Of a DNA stretch of 64,000 bases, positions 22,579-34,540 are shown in pieces. Source of the DNA: Azolla caroliniana (lineage: Eukaryota; Plantae; Polypodiophyta); NCBI GenBank assembly GCA_043228905.1, contig JBHGNT010000015.1, positions 12,958,001 through 13,022,000 on the forward strand. Direction: 5' to 3'. The notes below the pieces were generated by a model. That model was not told where the DNA came from and ran no database searches. It was given only the letters and a program-made list of their open reading frames with translations. The position numbers and the translations under genes were made by a program. The first letter of the stretch is position 1; each line of letters starts with the position of its first letter.

Positions 22579-24890
22579 GGCACGAGCTGTAGGAGTCTTC
22601 CTAGTGGCAGCGTAATCTGGCATTCTTGCAACGCCTGCCATGTCTCGTTTTGGGAGTGTCTGTCGCCGGCAAGCCCTACAGTGTTCTCTTTTTGCCGCTC
22701 TAAGTCTGTTACGTTTTGCTCGTTTGCTTTCTTCACCCATTCCGTTGCTTGCTTCCGGATGGTCTCCTGCATCTCCCATTCCTTGGCCATGCCCTTCGAC
22801 CTTGTGGTCACCTGCTGCAGATCTGCCACTTCAGGGACTACCATATTTACAACCGGTCGTTTGTCATAGCTCTTCGCCGGGCATTGATTACTATAATGGC
22901 CTTCCTATCGGCAGTAGTAGTAGTAGGCTTTCCGGGTATTGCTAGATTCGGCATTGTTTGTTGTACCCAGGGCAGGTCTTGTGGTAAGCGCGGGGTTTTG
23001 GGCCGGTTGGCTGCTTGAAGCTCCTTGTTCCAAATCCCGTGGGTGGCCGCCGTTTTTGAAATGCCGTTTTTTGTTATAGTTCTTCTTATTGCGGTACTCT
23101 TGACGAGGTTGGTCATTATATTTGCCGTATTCCTCCCGTTGTTGACGATACCCGGGGGAGTGCTCCCAGTTGTAATGTTCGTATCGTCTATTGTAATCCC
23201 GATACCGATCATATCTATCGTACCGGTCGTAGTTATCCCGCCGATCACCGTACCAAACATCATTCTCCCGTCGATCGCCATACCGGACATCTTGTGCCGG
23301 TCGGTCGTGGTCCATTAGCCGCCAGCGTTCCTCTTCTTCATCCCGGCTGCTACGTGGCTCTATTTGTCGGACGGGCGGTGCTTGCCGGTTCAATAGATTA
23401 TACTCGCACCTATCCGTCGTATGGCCCTTGGATTGACAGATTACACATTGCGTCCTCATAGTGCATTCTAGTGCCGAGTGTCCAGAATTCAAGCAGGTTG
23501 TGCACTGTATTGCTTGCCAAAACCGGAGGTCTTCATCAGATGGTAACGCCCGTTGGAGTGCTCCCAGTGTGAGCCAGGAGCTTGTCTTTTCCATCTCTCT
23601 CACCCGGTCAATGACCTGGTCGATGGTACTTGCGCGGAAGTCAATTACCGTGCAAACCGTGCGTAGGGGTTCCCGGAGCGCATTTAGGAATATAGTCCGT
23701 AATTCCTCCTCCGGGGGTGCGTGGGCAAGCTGACTATGCATCCGTTGAAACCGGATGACAAACTGGGGAATGCTCTCCCCTGCCTCCTGTCGGATGGTAT
23801 AAAACAAGCCCACCATTACTGTCTGGTCCACCTCCTTGTGGAAAAAATGCAAGAATTTAGCTTTAAAATCTACGAAGGTGGTGATGGTAGACGGGTCCTG
23901 CATCCGACGCCATCTTGCTGCCGGTCCCTCCAATGTGATGCCAAATTCTGCTATCTTAGAGCGTTCCTCTTCCTCCGGGGTCAATCGCTGGGACACATGG
24001 TTTGCTTCCCATGTCTGTTCAAAGGCGTGAACATGAGCTTCCGCGTCCGGATCCTCTCTATACTTGGAGTACTGGAACGGCATGTCGTCGTCCGATATCG
24101 GTGAGCGGGTTGGTGGTGTTGGTGGTCGTTCCTGGTTTTTCTCCGGCTTCGGTGGTCTTTCCTGATTTGTCTCCGGTCCGTCCGTCCACACTAATAGCTT
24201 ACTTACAACCTTCGGTCGCTCTTCCTCTGCTTCTGGTTCCGGAGGTTCCAGCCTTAGCACTTCCGGTTCCGGTGTCGGTAAGGTGTCTGATCCTTCGTCC
24301 TCCGGTCCGCTCGGGGTTTCGTTGCTGCTACGGTAGTTCGTGTGCACGCTGTATCCCCCTTCGGAATCTGATTCATACGCTGAAAAGGCTTCTGCTTCGC
24401 CTTCTTCGCTTGCCAACGCCTGGAGAAGGGATTCGGTTTCCCGGAGGCTGCTTAGGCTACTGCCGTCGTCCGGGTGCGATGTTTGCTGTAACCAGAGGGA
24501 CTCCTCTGCTACTCTCCAGAAGAGAGTAGTTGTAAGAGAGGAAGAAGACTGATGAGAGAGGTTTTCTTTGCGTGTAATGAAATAGAAGCTTTTGGTTTTG
24601 CTCTAGAGGTAAGCCTCCTTCCCCCTTCCTTTTCTGTCTTGAGCACATTAAATGATCCGGCACATCATGATCTGTTTTGCACAAAGAAGAGCCCGAGCGC
24701 CTTCGTAACAATAACCACACGCTCTGATACGATGTAAAGAATGAGAGGCGTAGATGGTGTTGGAAAACGAGCGATCCGCTCTAATTTCCTGCGCCGCTTC
24801 CTGGAAAGCCTCACGTCTCCTTTGCCTTTCGGCAAGGCGTCGAGTTCGATCTGTAACCAGGTCGTGCGTTGATCTAGTCATCCATTCATG
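22579..24890 (-). pseudogene. gag of element A (capsid-like domain, two CCHC knuckles) and start of pol
   Basis: TLEGPAARW, QEAGESIPQFVIRF, CTTCLNSGHSALEC and CVICQSKGHTTDRC; downstream QVTTRSK...ITLPLGRLLQLVP is cut by LTR B. Confidence 0.88.
24518..24710 (+). mobile_element. 3' fragment of a Copia LTR (family of 27779-28181) embedded in the 5' part of A's gag
   Basis: Colinear with 27991-28181 (AGAAGAGAGTAGTTGT...GAAATAGAAGCTTTTGGTTTTG...TAACA). Confidence 0.8.
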
Positions 24891-25374
24891 CTGTCGTTCG
24901 CTGCAAAAATAGGAATCATGGTTGCCAAAAACTATGTTAACTCTTAGGGCCGGACAATGGCCTAACACAGGGTGTCTATGGAAGACACTTCACCAAAGGG
25001 GTGTTACGGCAAGAGGATTAGGTTCAACGATTAATCCGACTTAATTAGGTTACTTAGCAAGATCATCCTTAATAATCACACGCGTAAGATATAACAATGA
25101 ATGCAGAACGGCAATTAACACAGAGAGATAAAAACACTAAGCTTCATTAATTATCCGTTGCCCATTACATTGTATCCGGGCCTTTAAATAGGTTTCCGGT
25201 TTGTAGTACAAAACGGTGCCATCTGCACCTGTTCGGGATCGGTCCGGATCCGGAACAACATACCGATTCTGGTCCATCCGTCCACACTAATAGATTACTT
25301 ACAACCATTCCTTAATAATTAAATAACTCCTTCGTTTCACACTCTGGACTCCTTTGTCGGCCGGTAACACTAGA

Positions 25375-26481
25375 TAGAGTTACCTTAGTTGTTTGTTGTA
25401 ATGCGTCTGGAACTGAAAAAGTTCCCATTACAATGATTGGAAAGGCTAAGGAACCAGCTTGTATTGTTGGATTTCTTGGCCATTACCCTATTTAGCACAA
25501 AAAAATGCTTGGATTGATATCCCTACTTTTAATAAGTGGTTTGATCATGTGTTTGTACCTTTTGTTCGTTCTCGAACTAATCACAAAGTGCTTCTAATCC
25601 TTGATAATGCTCCTAGTCATGCCGAAACATTTGAGCGTGATGTTATCAAAGTGATTTTTTTCCCAGCCAATGTCACATCATGGAAGCAACCAATGGATAT
25701 GGGAATTATTGCAGCATTGAAAAAGAGGTACAATTATCATTTGATAAGAGAAATTTTGACATATCATGATAGTTCAGAAAATGTTAAGATTCGTTTGGAG
25801 GATGTTGCTAAACGAATGAGAAGAGGTTCTATTGGTTTAACTTTTGGAAAGTCGGCACATTTGCTAGATGCTGCCAATCTCATTGTTAGTGCTTGGAATG
25901 AGATCAAGCAAGAAACACTTTTTAATTGCTATAGAAAGGCAGATATTATTCCATCATTCCGCATTAATGATGTTGAAGTTGTTGAAATGGAAGATCAATG
26001 CCTTGATGATCTTGTTTCTTTGTTATGTAACTGCAGTTTGCTTGAGAATGCACATAATGTAGAAGAAATTCGAGAGGAAATCATGGAATGTGTCAATGCA
26101 GATGCAAATGAATCAGAAAAACTAAATCAAAATCTCCTTGAAGAGATTGATGAAGTTATAGCGCAAGCATCCAACACCAATGAACCACTTGCATATGATG
26201 AAAATGATTCAGATTCTGAGTTTGTTGAGATGCAAGATATGCATGGATGCTTAAAGCAAGAAGATGTGATTATTCCTGAAGTATTGCAAAATATTGTTGA
26301 TACCGAACTCATGCTCAACTCGATAATGACAACAACTTATTTGAGTTCCGAGAAAGCAAAGCAAGTAAAATCAGCTTTATTGAGTGCTTGTAGAATTATT
26401 CAAGAAGCAAATTTTGCCATTGTTTCTAAGAGTATCGCTAAAAGTAGGCAAATGACCTTGCATGATTTTGGTATGAAATAA
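25375..26481 (+). pseudogene. pogo transposase, C-terminal DDE_1 domain
   Basis: Resumes after TSD CTAGA as DRVTLVVCCNASGTEK, with a frameshift near 25475, then QKNAWID, LLILDNAPSH, FFPANVTSWKQPMDMGII and C-terminal RQMTLHDF. Confidence 0.92.
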
Positions 26482-27196
26482 CGAAAGACATAGAAATCCT
26501 ATTTTTGTTCAATTTTTGCCATTTTTTGTAAGTTCTCGCTAAAAGTAGGCAAATGACCGAACATGATGTTGGTAGGAAATTGTGAAAGAACTTAGAAATC
26601 TGATTTTTATTGATGATTTTGTTGTTTTTTGAATTTTTGGAACATAGTTTCCATTTGGTTCAATGTATTTTGTCATAAAACAATGTAATTTTTTTGAACA
26701 GGATTTTGACATCTATAAAAAGTGCACTTAATAGAAATAGCACACTTAATTGGACTTGCACTTAACCGAATGGTTACTGTACATCTTTCTCTCTTCCTTA
26801 TATAGTGATGGAAGAGTCTAAGTTTATCACATGTAAGCATCATGCTTTTTCTAACTTTAGTTTTCATGCACACTACATGTGCATGATTAGCTTTCTATCA
26901 CATCTTTTCTTTTAACTCGAGTGTGTATGCATGAATAACTTTTTCTATCATGCTTATCTAGAATATTTACATGGGATAAAGTTTAGGATAACTTTAACTC
27001 TCATAATATGCTAGTATAGTGGTAAGGCTTAAAATCGTTAACATGGAGGTACATGGTTCAAATCTTGCCCTATACTTGTAGGAATCTTACCCTATACATG
27101 TAACATAATTATTGTAGTATTTCTCCTATTTCTTTATACTTAGTCAATCGGGTACTCCACACATATTTTACGTAGTGTACAAAGTACACCACGACA

Positions 27197-27719
27197 ACGG
27201 TGCTAAGCCGTTGAGGCATATTTGCACCATTTTGTCATCGTTGATGATGACATTCATGAGGGCATCGCACAACTCCTTGATTTTCAAGGTATAGTTGGTG
27301 ATCGACATATCCCTCTGTTGCATGTTGTTTGGCTCTTGTCGAAGTTGAAGCTGTCGTGCGGCCGTATTGGCCGAAAAAATCTTCTTAAGATTTCCCCAAG
27401 CTTCTTTCGGCGTTTTCGAATCTTGAATATAGCCAAGCATGTGGTTATAAACGCATGACACAAGGTAGTACAACACACGACTTGCAACTTGCTCCCACGC
27501 TGGGTAGTTGGCGTGTGTCGGGTTGGGTTGTGTTTCGTGAGCTCCCTCAATGTAACTCCAGTAACCTTGTTCGACAAGGTACTGATGCATCTTGTACTCC
27601 CACGATGTGAAGTTTGTCCTGTCGAGCTTCTCAGTAGGAAGATCGCTTCCCATCTGAGTATTCATGATGATTTCTTCTCTGTTTTTGAACTGGTTATGTT
27701 GTTCGTCGGTGTGTAGCAC
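27197..27719 (-). pseudogene. Copia gag fragment
   Basis: LPTEKLDRTNFTSWEYKMHQYL...TPKEAWGNLKKIF...CLNGLAP, homologous to 28313-29090. Confidence 0.8.
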
Positions 27720-27778
27720 AACATAGTCGATTCAGTTTGATTGGATAACTATTGAGAAACAAGCTCAACAAAAGCATA

Positions 27779-29100
27779 TGGTGCGTATTGGTAAGTGAGA
27801 TCTTCTATAGTAGCTATTGGGAAATTAGCTACTAGTGGACATGTAGGTAAAACAACTATTTAGCTAGTCACAACTAATTAGCTATTCACAACTATTTAGC
27901 TACTCATAGCTAATTAGCTACTCACAGCTAATTAGTTGAATATGTAAGTCACTTATATACTTAGGTAAAGAAGTAAGAGTGAGATGTAGTAGAAGAGAGT
28001 AGTTGTCAGAGAAGAAGAAGACTGACGAGAGAGGTTTTCTCTGCATGTAATGAAATAGAAGCTTTTGGTTTTGATCTAGAGGTAAGTCTCCTTCCTCCTT
28101 CCTTTTCTATCTTGAGCACATTAACGATCCAACACATCATGATCCGATGTGCACAAAGAAGAGCCAAAGCGCTTTCATAACATGGTATCAAAGCAGAGTT
28201 GCTCATAAAGGGGAACAATACAAATCTGAGAAGTTTGGTTCTGGTTGTTGGTCTGAATCCGAGAGTTGTTTGTGAAGTTATTCGTAGCAAAAGCCCTAAT
28301 TTGAAAGAGAGAATGGTTGCTGAGAATGGAAGCCAAATAGTCACAGAAAAGTTGGACAAAAACAATTTACCTGCGTGGAAATTCAGAATGACAAATTTCC
28401 TGATGGGAAAAGGATACTGGGATTACATTGAAGGAGACCTAGAAGAGGCTCCAGAGATCCTTGAAGAAAATGCAACTGCTACACAGATTAAAGAATTTAA
28501 GGAATGGAATCAAGGGGCAAGGAAAGTATCGCATTGGTTGTCACTTAGCATCTCAAATTGGATGCTTGGACACATACAAGATTCTTTTCTTCCAAAAGAA
28601 GCTTGGGACAGTTTAGTAAAACTATTTGCAGTAAACACAAAGGCTAGAAAGCTTCAGTTGAAGATTGAGCTAAATACTTTGGAAAAAGGTAAGATGAAAG
28701 TTAATGAGTATGCTCTGAAAATAAAGAGCATATGTGAGTCACTTGCTTCTATTAATGTAAAGGTAGAAGATGATGATAAGGTGGAAATATGCTTAAGAGG
28801 CTTAGGACCTCAATATAAAAGCTTCAAAACATCTATTCTCACAAGGGATAACATCCCAAGTTTTCCAGATCTAGTTTCAATGCTTGTGGTGGAAGAAAGA
28901 AGTCAGATGGATGATGTCAACAAAGGAAACTATGAGACTGAGGGGCAAGCCCTCTACAATAGTGCTAGAAGAGGCCGAGGAAGATTTGGTTCAGCTAGAA
29001 CCAACAATAATTATCAAGGAAGAGGACAACAAGCTACAAGTGGAAGAAACAACATCAAAGGCAAGGGGAGCAATCGAGGTAGAGGTAAGCAATATTCATA
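27779..29100 (+). mobile_element. Truncated Copia 'E': 5' LTR (~27779-28181), PBS, gag
   Basis: LTR ends ATAACA then TGGTATCAAAGC; gag MVAENGSQIVTEKLDKNN...PKEAWDSLVKLF...RGRGR. LTR start is approximate. Confidence 0.8.
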
Positions 29101-29708
29101 CATTCTCAAAAGTGTGTTCACACACAAGTCTAGGTTGAGCTTGATTATCAACATGCCCCCTCAAGCTCAACTTGGATCGGCTTCTTTCGGTTGATGTCTG
29201 CTTCGGTTGGTACTCAATTCAGACGGTATTAGGTTCTCTCTTGTCGGTATCTGGTTCCGTTACCGTCGAATTGATCGTCTTCATATTCCGGCATTTTGGC
29301 CTTGCTTTTGGACATCTTTGGACTTAGCCAAGATGTGCTCTCGTCACTTGGGAGCTCTTGTGGCCCACTCAGCTTGGACATGATCAGACTTTCTTTGAAC
29401 ATATGCCTCAGTTGATCTTCGTCTTCTATCTCTTGGTTAGCCAAGTTGAGGTTGACTGGAGTCGGCTCATGTTCGTACCATGATGCCAATTTGGGTTTAG
29501 GGTTTAGGGTTCGTACCAAAGATGACATCCCGACTTACACAAACCTTTCAAGTAGAGGGGTTGAAGGACTTGTACCCATTTTGCTCCAGTGAGTACCCTA
29601 CGAGGATACACTTCTCTGGCTTGGGATCTAGTTTTTGCCGCTTTTCGTCGGGGATGTGCACGTATGCAAGTGAGCCGAATATCCTAACATGGGATAGATC
29701 TGGCTTCT
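29101..29708 (-). pseudogene. Copia integrase C-terminus/linker fragment
   Basis: KKPDLSHVRIFGSLAYVHIPDEKRQKLDPKPEKCILVGYS. Confidence 0.8.
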
Positions 29709-32700
29709 TGTCAAATACGAGTGTATAATGGCCGTATTCACATTGTTCCTTTGGACATCCCAAGTTTGGGCTATTTCTGTAAATAGCATAAAGGGCAGTT
29801 GCCCTAGGATAGTCACTATATAAAGTGACTTTGTAACCTTTAGAAAAAGTTGGTTGTCATTCTTTGTAACTGTTGCTATTGGGAAAACGTTTTCTTTGTG
29901 CCTATCTCTCTCTGGACAAGACTCTTGCCGACTAGGATTCGGAGAAGAAGATAATGAACTCCGATGAGATTCAGATTCGGACACACCCGGCTAAGAGCCG
30001 GTTGACACTCGAGGAACCAGCTGGTTACGGTGAGGATACCGAACCGGCAGAAGAAGAAGTAGAGGAAGCTGAAATCGGAACCGGCCACGACCCCGAATCG
30101 GATTCGGATGAAGAACAAATAGTGGAGCCGGTTGCCGAAGGCCAATTTCGGAGATATCCTCTCAAAGAGAGAAGGCCCCCCGAGAGATTTCCGGATGCAG
30201 AGCATTTGCTGCTGACTGATGAGGGAGAGCCGTAAAGCTTCGAAGAAGCGAAGGATGACACCCACAGCCGCAAATGGTTAAGTGCCATGCAAGATGAGAT
30301 GGATTCCCTGCATGAGAACCATACGTACGAATTGGTGGAGTTGCCGAAAGAAAAGCGGGCACTCCGAAATAAGTGGGCGTACAAGTTGAAAACGGGAGAT
30401 GCCGGCAACCCCCCGAGATACAAAGCCAGGATCGTGGTGAAGGGGTTCCAGCAAAAGAAGGTCGTGGACTTCGACGAGATATTTGCCCCGGTAGTAAAGA
30501 TGACCTCCATCCGGACGGTGCTGAGTATAGCGGCAAGCATGGACCTCGAGGTAGAGCAGCTAGACGTGAAGACGGCATTCCTTCACGGTGACCTCGAAGA
30601 AGAGATCTACATGCAACAACCGGAAGGATTCATGGAGAAAGGGAAGGAGCACCTGGTTTGCCGGTTAAAGAAGAGCCTGTATGGACTAAAGTAGGCTCCC
30701 TGACAGTGGTACCGGAAATTCGACTCCTTCATGACCGATCAAGGGTACCACAAGAAACAGGCCGATCACTGCATGTTTGTGAAGAAGTTCGAAGGAGGTG
30801 ACTTCCTGATACTCCTTCTGTACGTGGATAACATGTTGATCGTCGGACGGGACCAAGCCAAAATACGGATGCTGAAGAAGGCTCTCAACTGAACTTTTGC
30901 AATGAAAGACTTGGGTCCGGCAAGACAGATACTAGGGATGCACATCATCCGGCACCGGTCAAAGAAGCAATTGTGGTTGTCACAGGAGAAATACGTGACA
31001 AAGGTGCTTCAGCGGTTCAACATGTTAGAAACAAAACCGGTCGGATCGACACTCCCGGAAAACTACAGACTATCCGGTAAGCAAAGCCCGAAGAAGAAAG
31101 CAGAGAAAGCTGATATGATGAAGGTTCCATATGCCTCTGCCATCGGGAGCTTGATGTACGCAATGGTGTGTACTCGACCGGATATTGGATACGCAGTCAG
31201 AGTGGTGAGCCGGTTTATGAGCAATCCCGACAAGGAGCACTGGAACGCGGTCAAATGGATACTCCGGTACCTGAAGGGCACTTCAAATATGTATCTCTGA
31301 TTCGGCTCCGGTAAACCTCAACTTGATGGTTTTACCGATTCGGACATGTCGGCCGATGTGAATACCAGCCGGTCTACATCCAGGTATGTAATGACATATG
31401 CAGGGGGAGTTGTTTCATGGCAGTCGAGGTTGCAGAAGACAGTTGTGTTGTCAACCACGGAGGCGGAGTACATGGCGGCTTTGGAAGCCGGCAAGGAAAT
31501 ATTATGGATGAAGGACTTCATCGGTGAGCTCGGTATCCAGCAAGATGAATACCAGCTCTATTGCGATAGTCAAAGTGCCATCCACCTTGCTAAGAACGCA
31601 GCGTACCATTCCAGGATGAAGCACATCCAGCGTAGGTATCATTGGATCCGGGAGCGAGTAGAAGATCGAGAGTTCGCACTGACGAAGATCCACACGGCCG
31701 AGAACGAGTCAGATATGCTGACCAAAGTACTGATACCCGACAAGTTGGATGCATGTCAGAAGCGGATCGGACTAGTAAGACATCCCATGCCGGAGTGAAG
31801 GGGGAGTTTGTTAGGAAACAGGTCTCTCCATATGGGAAGTGAGAAGAATAGTGTTGATGAGCAAACTCGACTGAGGCCGAAACCGGATGTGGAGGACCCG
31901 GCAACAGAAGACCCGGTCCGGTGAGAACCGGATGTGGAGTACCCGGCTATGGAAGACCCAGTGAGAACCGAATGACGAGTACCCAGCAAGAGCCGGATGG
32001 TGAATGCCCGGTGAGAAGTGCTCACCGGATGAAGGGACATATTCGTAAATATGTTTTCTGAGAGTCCATCGGGGCTATATTTGTAAATAGCCGAAAAGTC
32101 ATATTAGTATAAATATGACTTAGGGCAAACTTAGTGGTAGAGGAGTTGTCATTCTTGTTGGTGCAAGATTTGAGTGCGTAACTATGTATAGAGAGAGAGA
32201 GAGGAAGAGGTCGTTGCCTCTGTTGTAACTGCCGCCTGTGGCAAAGATAGCAAGCTCGAGGTCGTTGCCTCGGTGCTTTTCTATTGTATATTGTGATATA
32301 GTGATAGTTTGTAGTCTGTGGGCTGCCGTGGTTTTTCCCTGGTTTGGGTTTTCCACGTTAACATCCTATGTACTCTTCTCTTTACTATGCCGTGCGTTCA
32401 TTACCCGTTTTCTGTGTTTGATCCTAGGCTCGGTAGTGGTCGAGCGTTGTTCATCGGGAGCGTGTATTCCTGTCAAAAAGAGAGGGAGAAGTGAGACCAA
32501 AGATATCGCGTCAGGGTGTTGTTGCTTTGTCAAAGAATCCGGTTCACCACAACGTCTCCAAGCATATCGACGTTCGATATCACTTCGTTCGGGACTGCGT
32601 TATTTCAGGGAAAATCGGTCTAGAGAAGATATCCACAACCAATAATGCGTAGATGGAATGACCAAGTGTCTTTCGGCGGATCGTTTCCGGTCCCTTCGGC

Positions 32701-33139
32701 ACCGGATGGGCGTAACGAAAAATTGGTCTGGTTAAAGTCAAACACACATTATAGGACGGTTTCGGACAACAGACATCGGTTCTCTGTCTTCGGATCTTGT
32801 CGACTCTAACAAAACCGATCTGTTCGATAAACCTTGTATATACCTGTAATTTTTTAGATAACCCATGTATACGCCCATTATGGGGGAGTGTCAAATACGA
32901 GTGTATAATGGCCGTATTCACACTGTCCCTTTGGACATTCCAAGTTTGGGCTATTTCTGTAAATAGCATAAAGGGCAGTTGCCCTAGGATAGTCACTATA
33001 TAAAGTGACTTTGTAACCTTTAGAAAAGGTTGGTTGTGATTCTTTGTAACTGTTGCTATTGGAAAAACGTTTTCTTTGTGCCTATCTCTCTCTCTCTCTG
33101 TGTCCATCTTGCTTATGCGCATACACAGGTTCTTCATCA
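29709..33139 (+). mobile_element. Deleted LTR element 'F' (partial LTR 29709-29912; 3' region, PPT and LTR 32889-33139)
   Basis: TGTCAAATACGAGTGTATAATGG... repeated at 29709 and 32889; TGGGGGAG PPT before 32889; ends CATCA. No matching TSD seen. Confidence 0.7.
29913..32475 (+). mobile_element. 3' half of Tork-like Copia 'G' (RT-RNase H with stops, PPT, 3' LTR 31809-32475)
   Basis: RYKARIVVKGF, LYVDNML, RMKHIQRRYH; GAAGGGGGAGTT-TGTT; LTR ends CCTGTCA. Confidence 0.92.
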
Positions 33140-33282
33140 CGAATGTTGCTTGCACTTCCGCATTGACGGCCTTGTCTTTGTGTCTTCAAGCAATCAGCCA
33201 TGATTTTGAGTAGACATGAAATAAAAATAATACTTGTCTATGTGCATTCAAGCAATCATCATCTATATTAGGTTAGGGTTAA

Positions 33283-33910
33283 TTGTGTAGAGTGCCCACA
33301 TGCAGTAGAATCCATACAACACGCTCTGTGGGACTGCCCAACATCTCATCGAATATGGCAAGGGGTTGGCCACTTGTTGCAATTATGCCAGGTGCAAGGT
33401 TCAACCAAGTGGGGAAATATATGTTGGCTATCATGGCAGGCTACAATTGGCCGATACGAGCATCAAGAGGAGGGGATGACTTTGGTGATAAAAGCACAAG
33501 AGGTCCTTTTCTCCTCTAGCGGCAATGTTCACTCTATTCCTCTTAATGACAAATCTCAAGAGGTGTTGGAATTGGTTAGCCCAATAACCCTTTGGATTCT
33601 ATGGAAACAACGATGTAGGTGAGTCTTCTCCAACCAAACTACCCATCCAACAAGGTTAGTGCAAGAGATATGGAGTGAAATTGTAGCCACTCTAAAGAGC
33701 CAATATAATGGCCTTAAGGGCGGCTCCGAGGGAGTTGAAAGACAACGCATAGCCTTCATCCAACAATGGTCGTCCTCTCCCTTTCTTGAGTCAGTGGGCA
33801 TCCACATAAGATGGAACTATCGCGTCCCTTTAGGGATTTGTACATAATCGCCTCATTTGTAAAATTTTATAACTAATGGAAGGAGTTTTTTTTTTGGAAA
33901 AAAAAAGAAT
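33283..33910 (+). mobile_element. Probable 3' remnant of an L1-like LINE ORF2
   Basis: ITLWILWKQRCR*VFSNQ resembles the W-x-IW-x-x-R-[CN]-x-x-VF motif of plant L1 ORF2 ends; T/A-rich tail near 33885-33907. Confidence 0.5.
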
Positions 33911-34540
33911 GTGCCCTCTATGTATATATATTACAAAAACTAAAATAAAAACTGCAAGTAGCATTCATGAATTTTAAATTATTGACATTGATATGTTAGA
34001 ATTTGTTAAGATTGATCTATTTTTTTAAATCATTGACAATTTTTGTCCATTCCAAAATCCTTAACACTAATGTATTGTGTAGAAACAATAGGATAGATTC
34101 AAGTATTCTTGAATTTAAAGACAAACATATGGTGATGTTTTGGACTCTACCAATTATTAAGGAAACATTAAAGGCATTTATGTAAAAGTGAAAATCAAGC
34201 ATAACATAAGAATATGCACATTTATTACAAGCCATGAACACATGAAACCCATATTATGGGTAACGAAAAATGTATATTGGTTCTAGGTAAACAAGTGTCA
34301 ATATATAAGATCAACATATTTAGTCTTATAAATGGGGTTTAATCATGTTTCCATTGTGCCTACGATGCATATAAGGCTCAAATACCCAATGGAGTGTACA
34401 TCCACAAAAAAATGTGTGGCAATACATTTGTGAGAACATAGACAACTTGTGTATATGTCTCATGATTGCTTCAAATATGATGTCCAAATATGATCGTAGA
34501 TCCATTGGTGGTTTTTGAAGATGGCATGTGTTTTGTACAG

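Larger units (their letters stand above)
5903..25369 (-). mobile_element. Athila/Tat-like non-chromovirus Gypsy element 'A' (5' LTR 25369-24935, gag, extra ORF, 3' LTR 6337-5903); pol deleted, hosts nested elements
   Basis: Two direct ~435-bp LTRs TGTTAACTCTTAGGG...TAACA; gag ORF 22905-24416 on minus; extra ORF on minus next to the left LTR. Confidence 0.88.
3462..26779 (+). mobile_element. pogo/Tigger-like (Tc1/mariner superfamily) DNA transposon carrying a 20-kb nested insertion
   Basis: Imperfect TIRs TAGTAAACATTTGGTTAAGTGCA (3462) and TGCACTTAACCGAATGGTTACTG (26779), TA on both sides, internal transposase. Confidence 0.88.
3206..27196 (-). mobile_element. 5' LTR of the Trp-primed Gypsy, split by the pogo element (pieces 3206-3461 and 26782-27196)
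   Basis: Adjoins the PBS on the left. Sequence resumes after the pogo TA and ends in CACGACA (27190-27196), the same terminus type as 98-933 and 16408. Confidence 0.6.

Noticed and set aside
27005-27075. Functional tRNA gene
   Set aside because: A/B boxes present but acceptor, anticodon and T stems do not pair convincingly.
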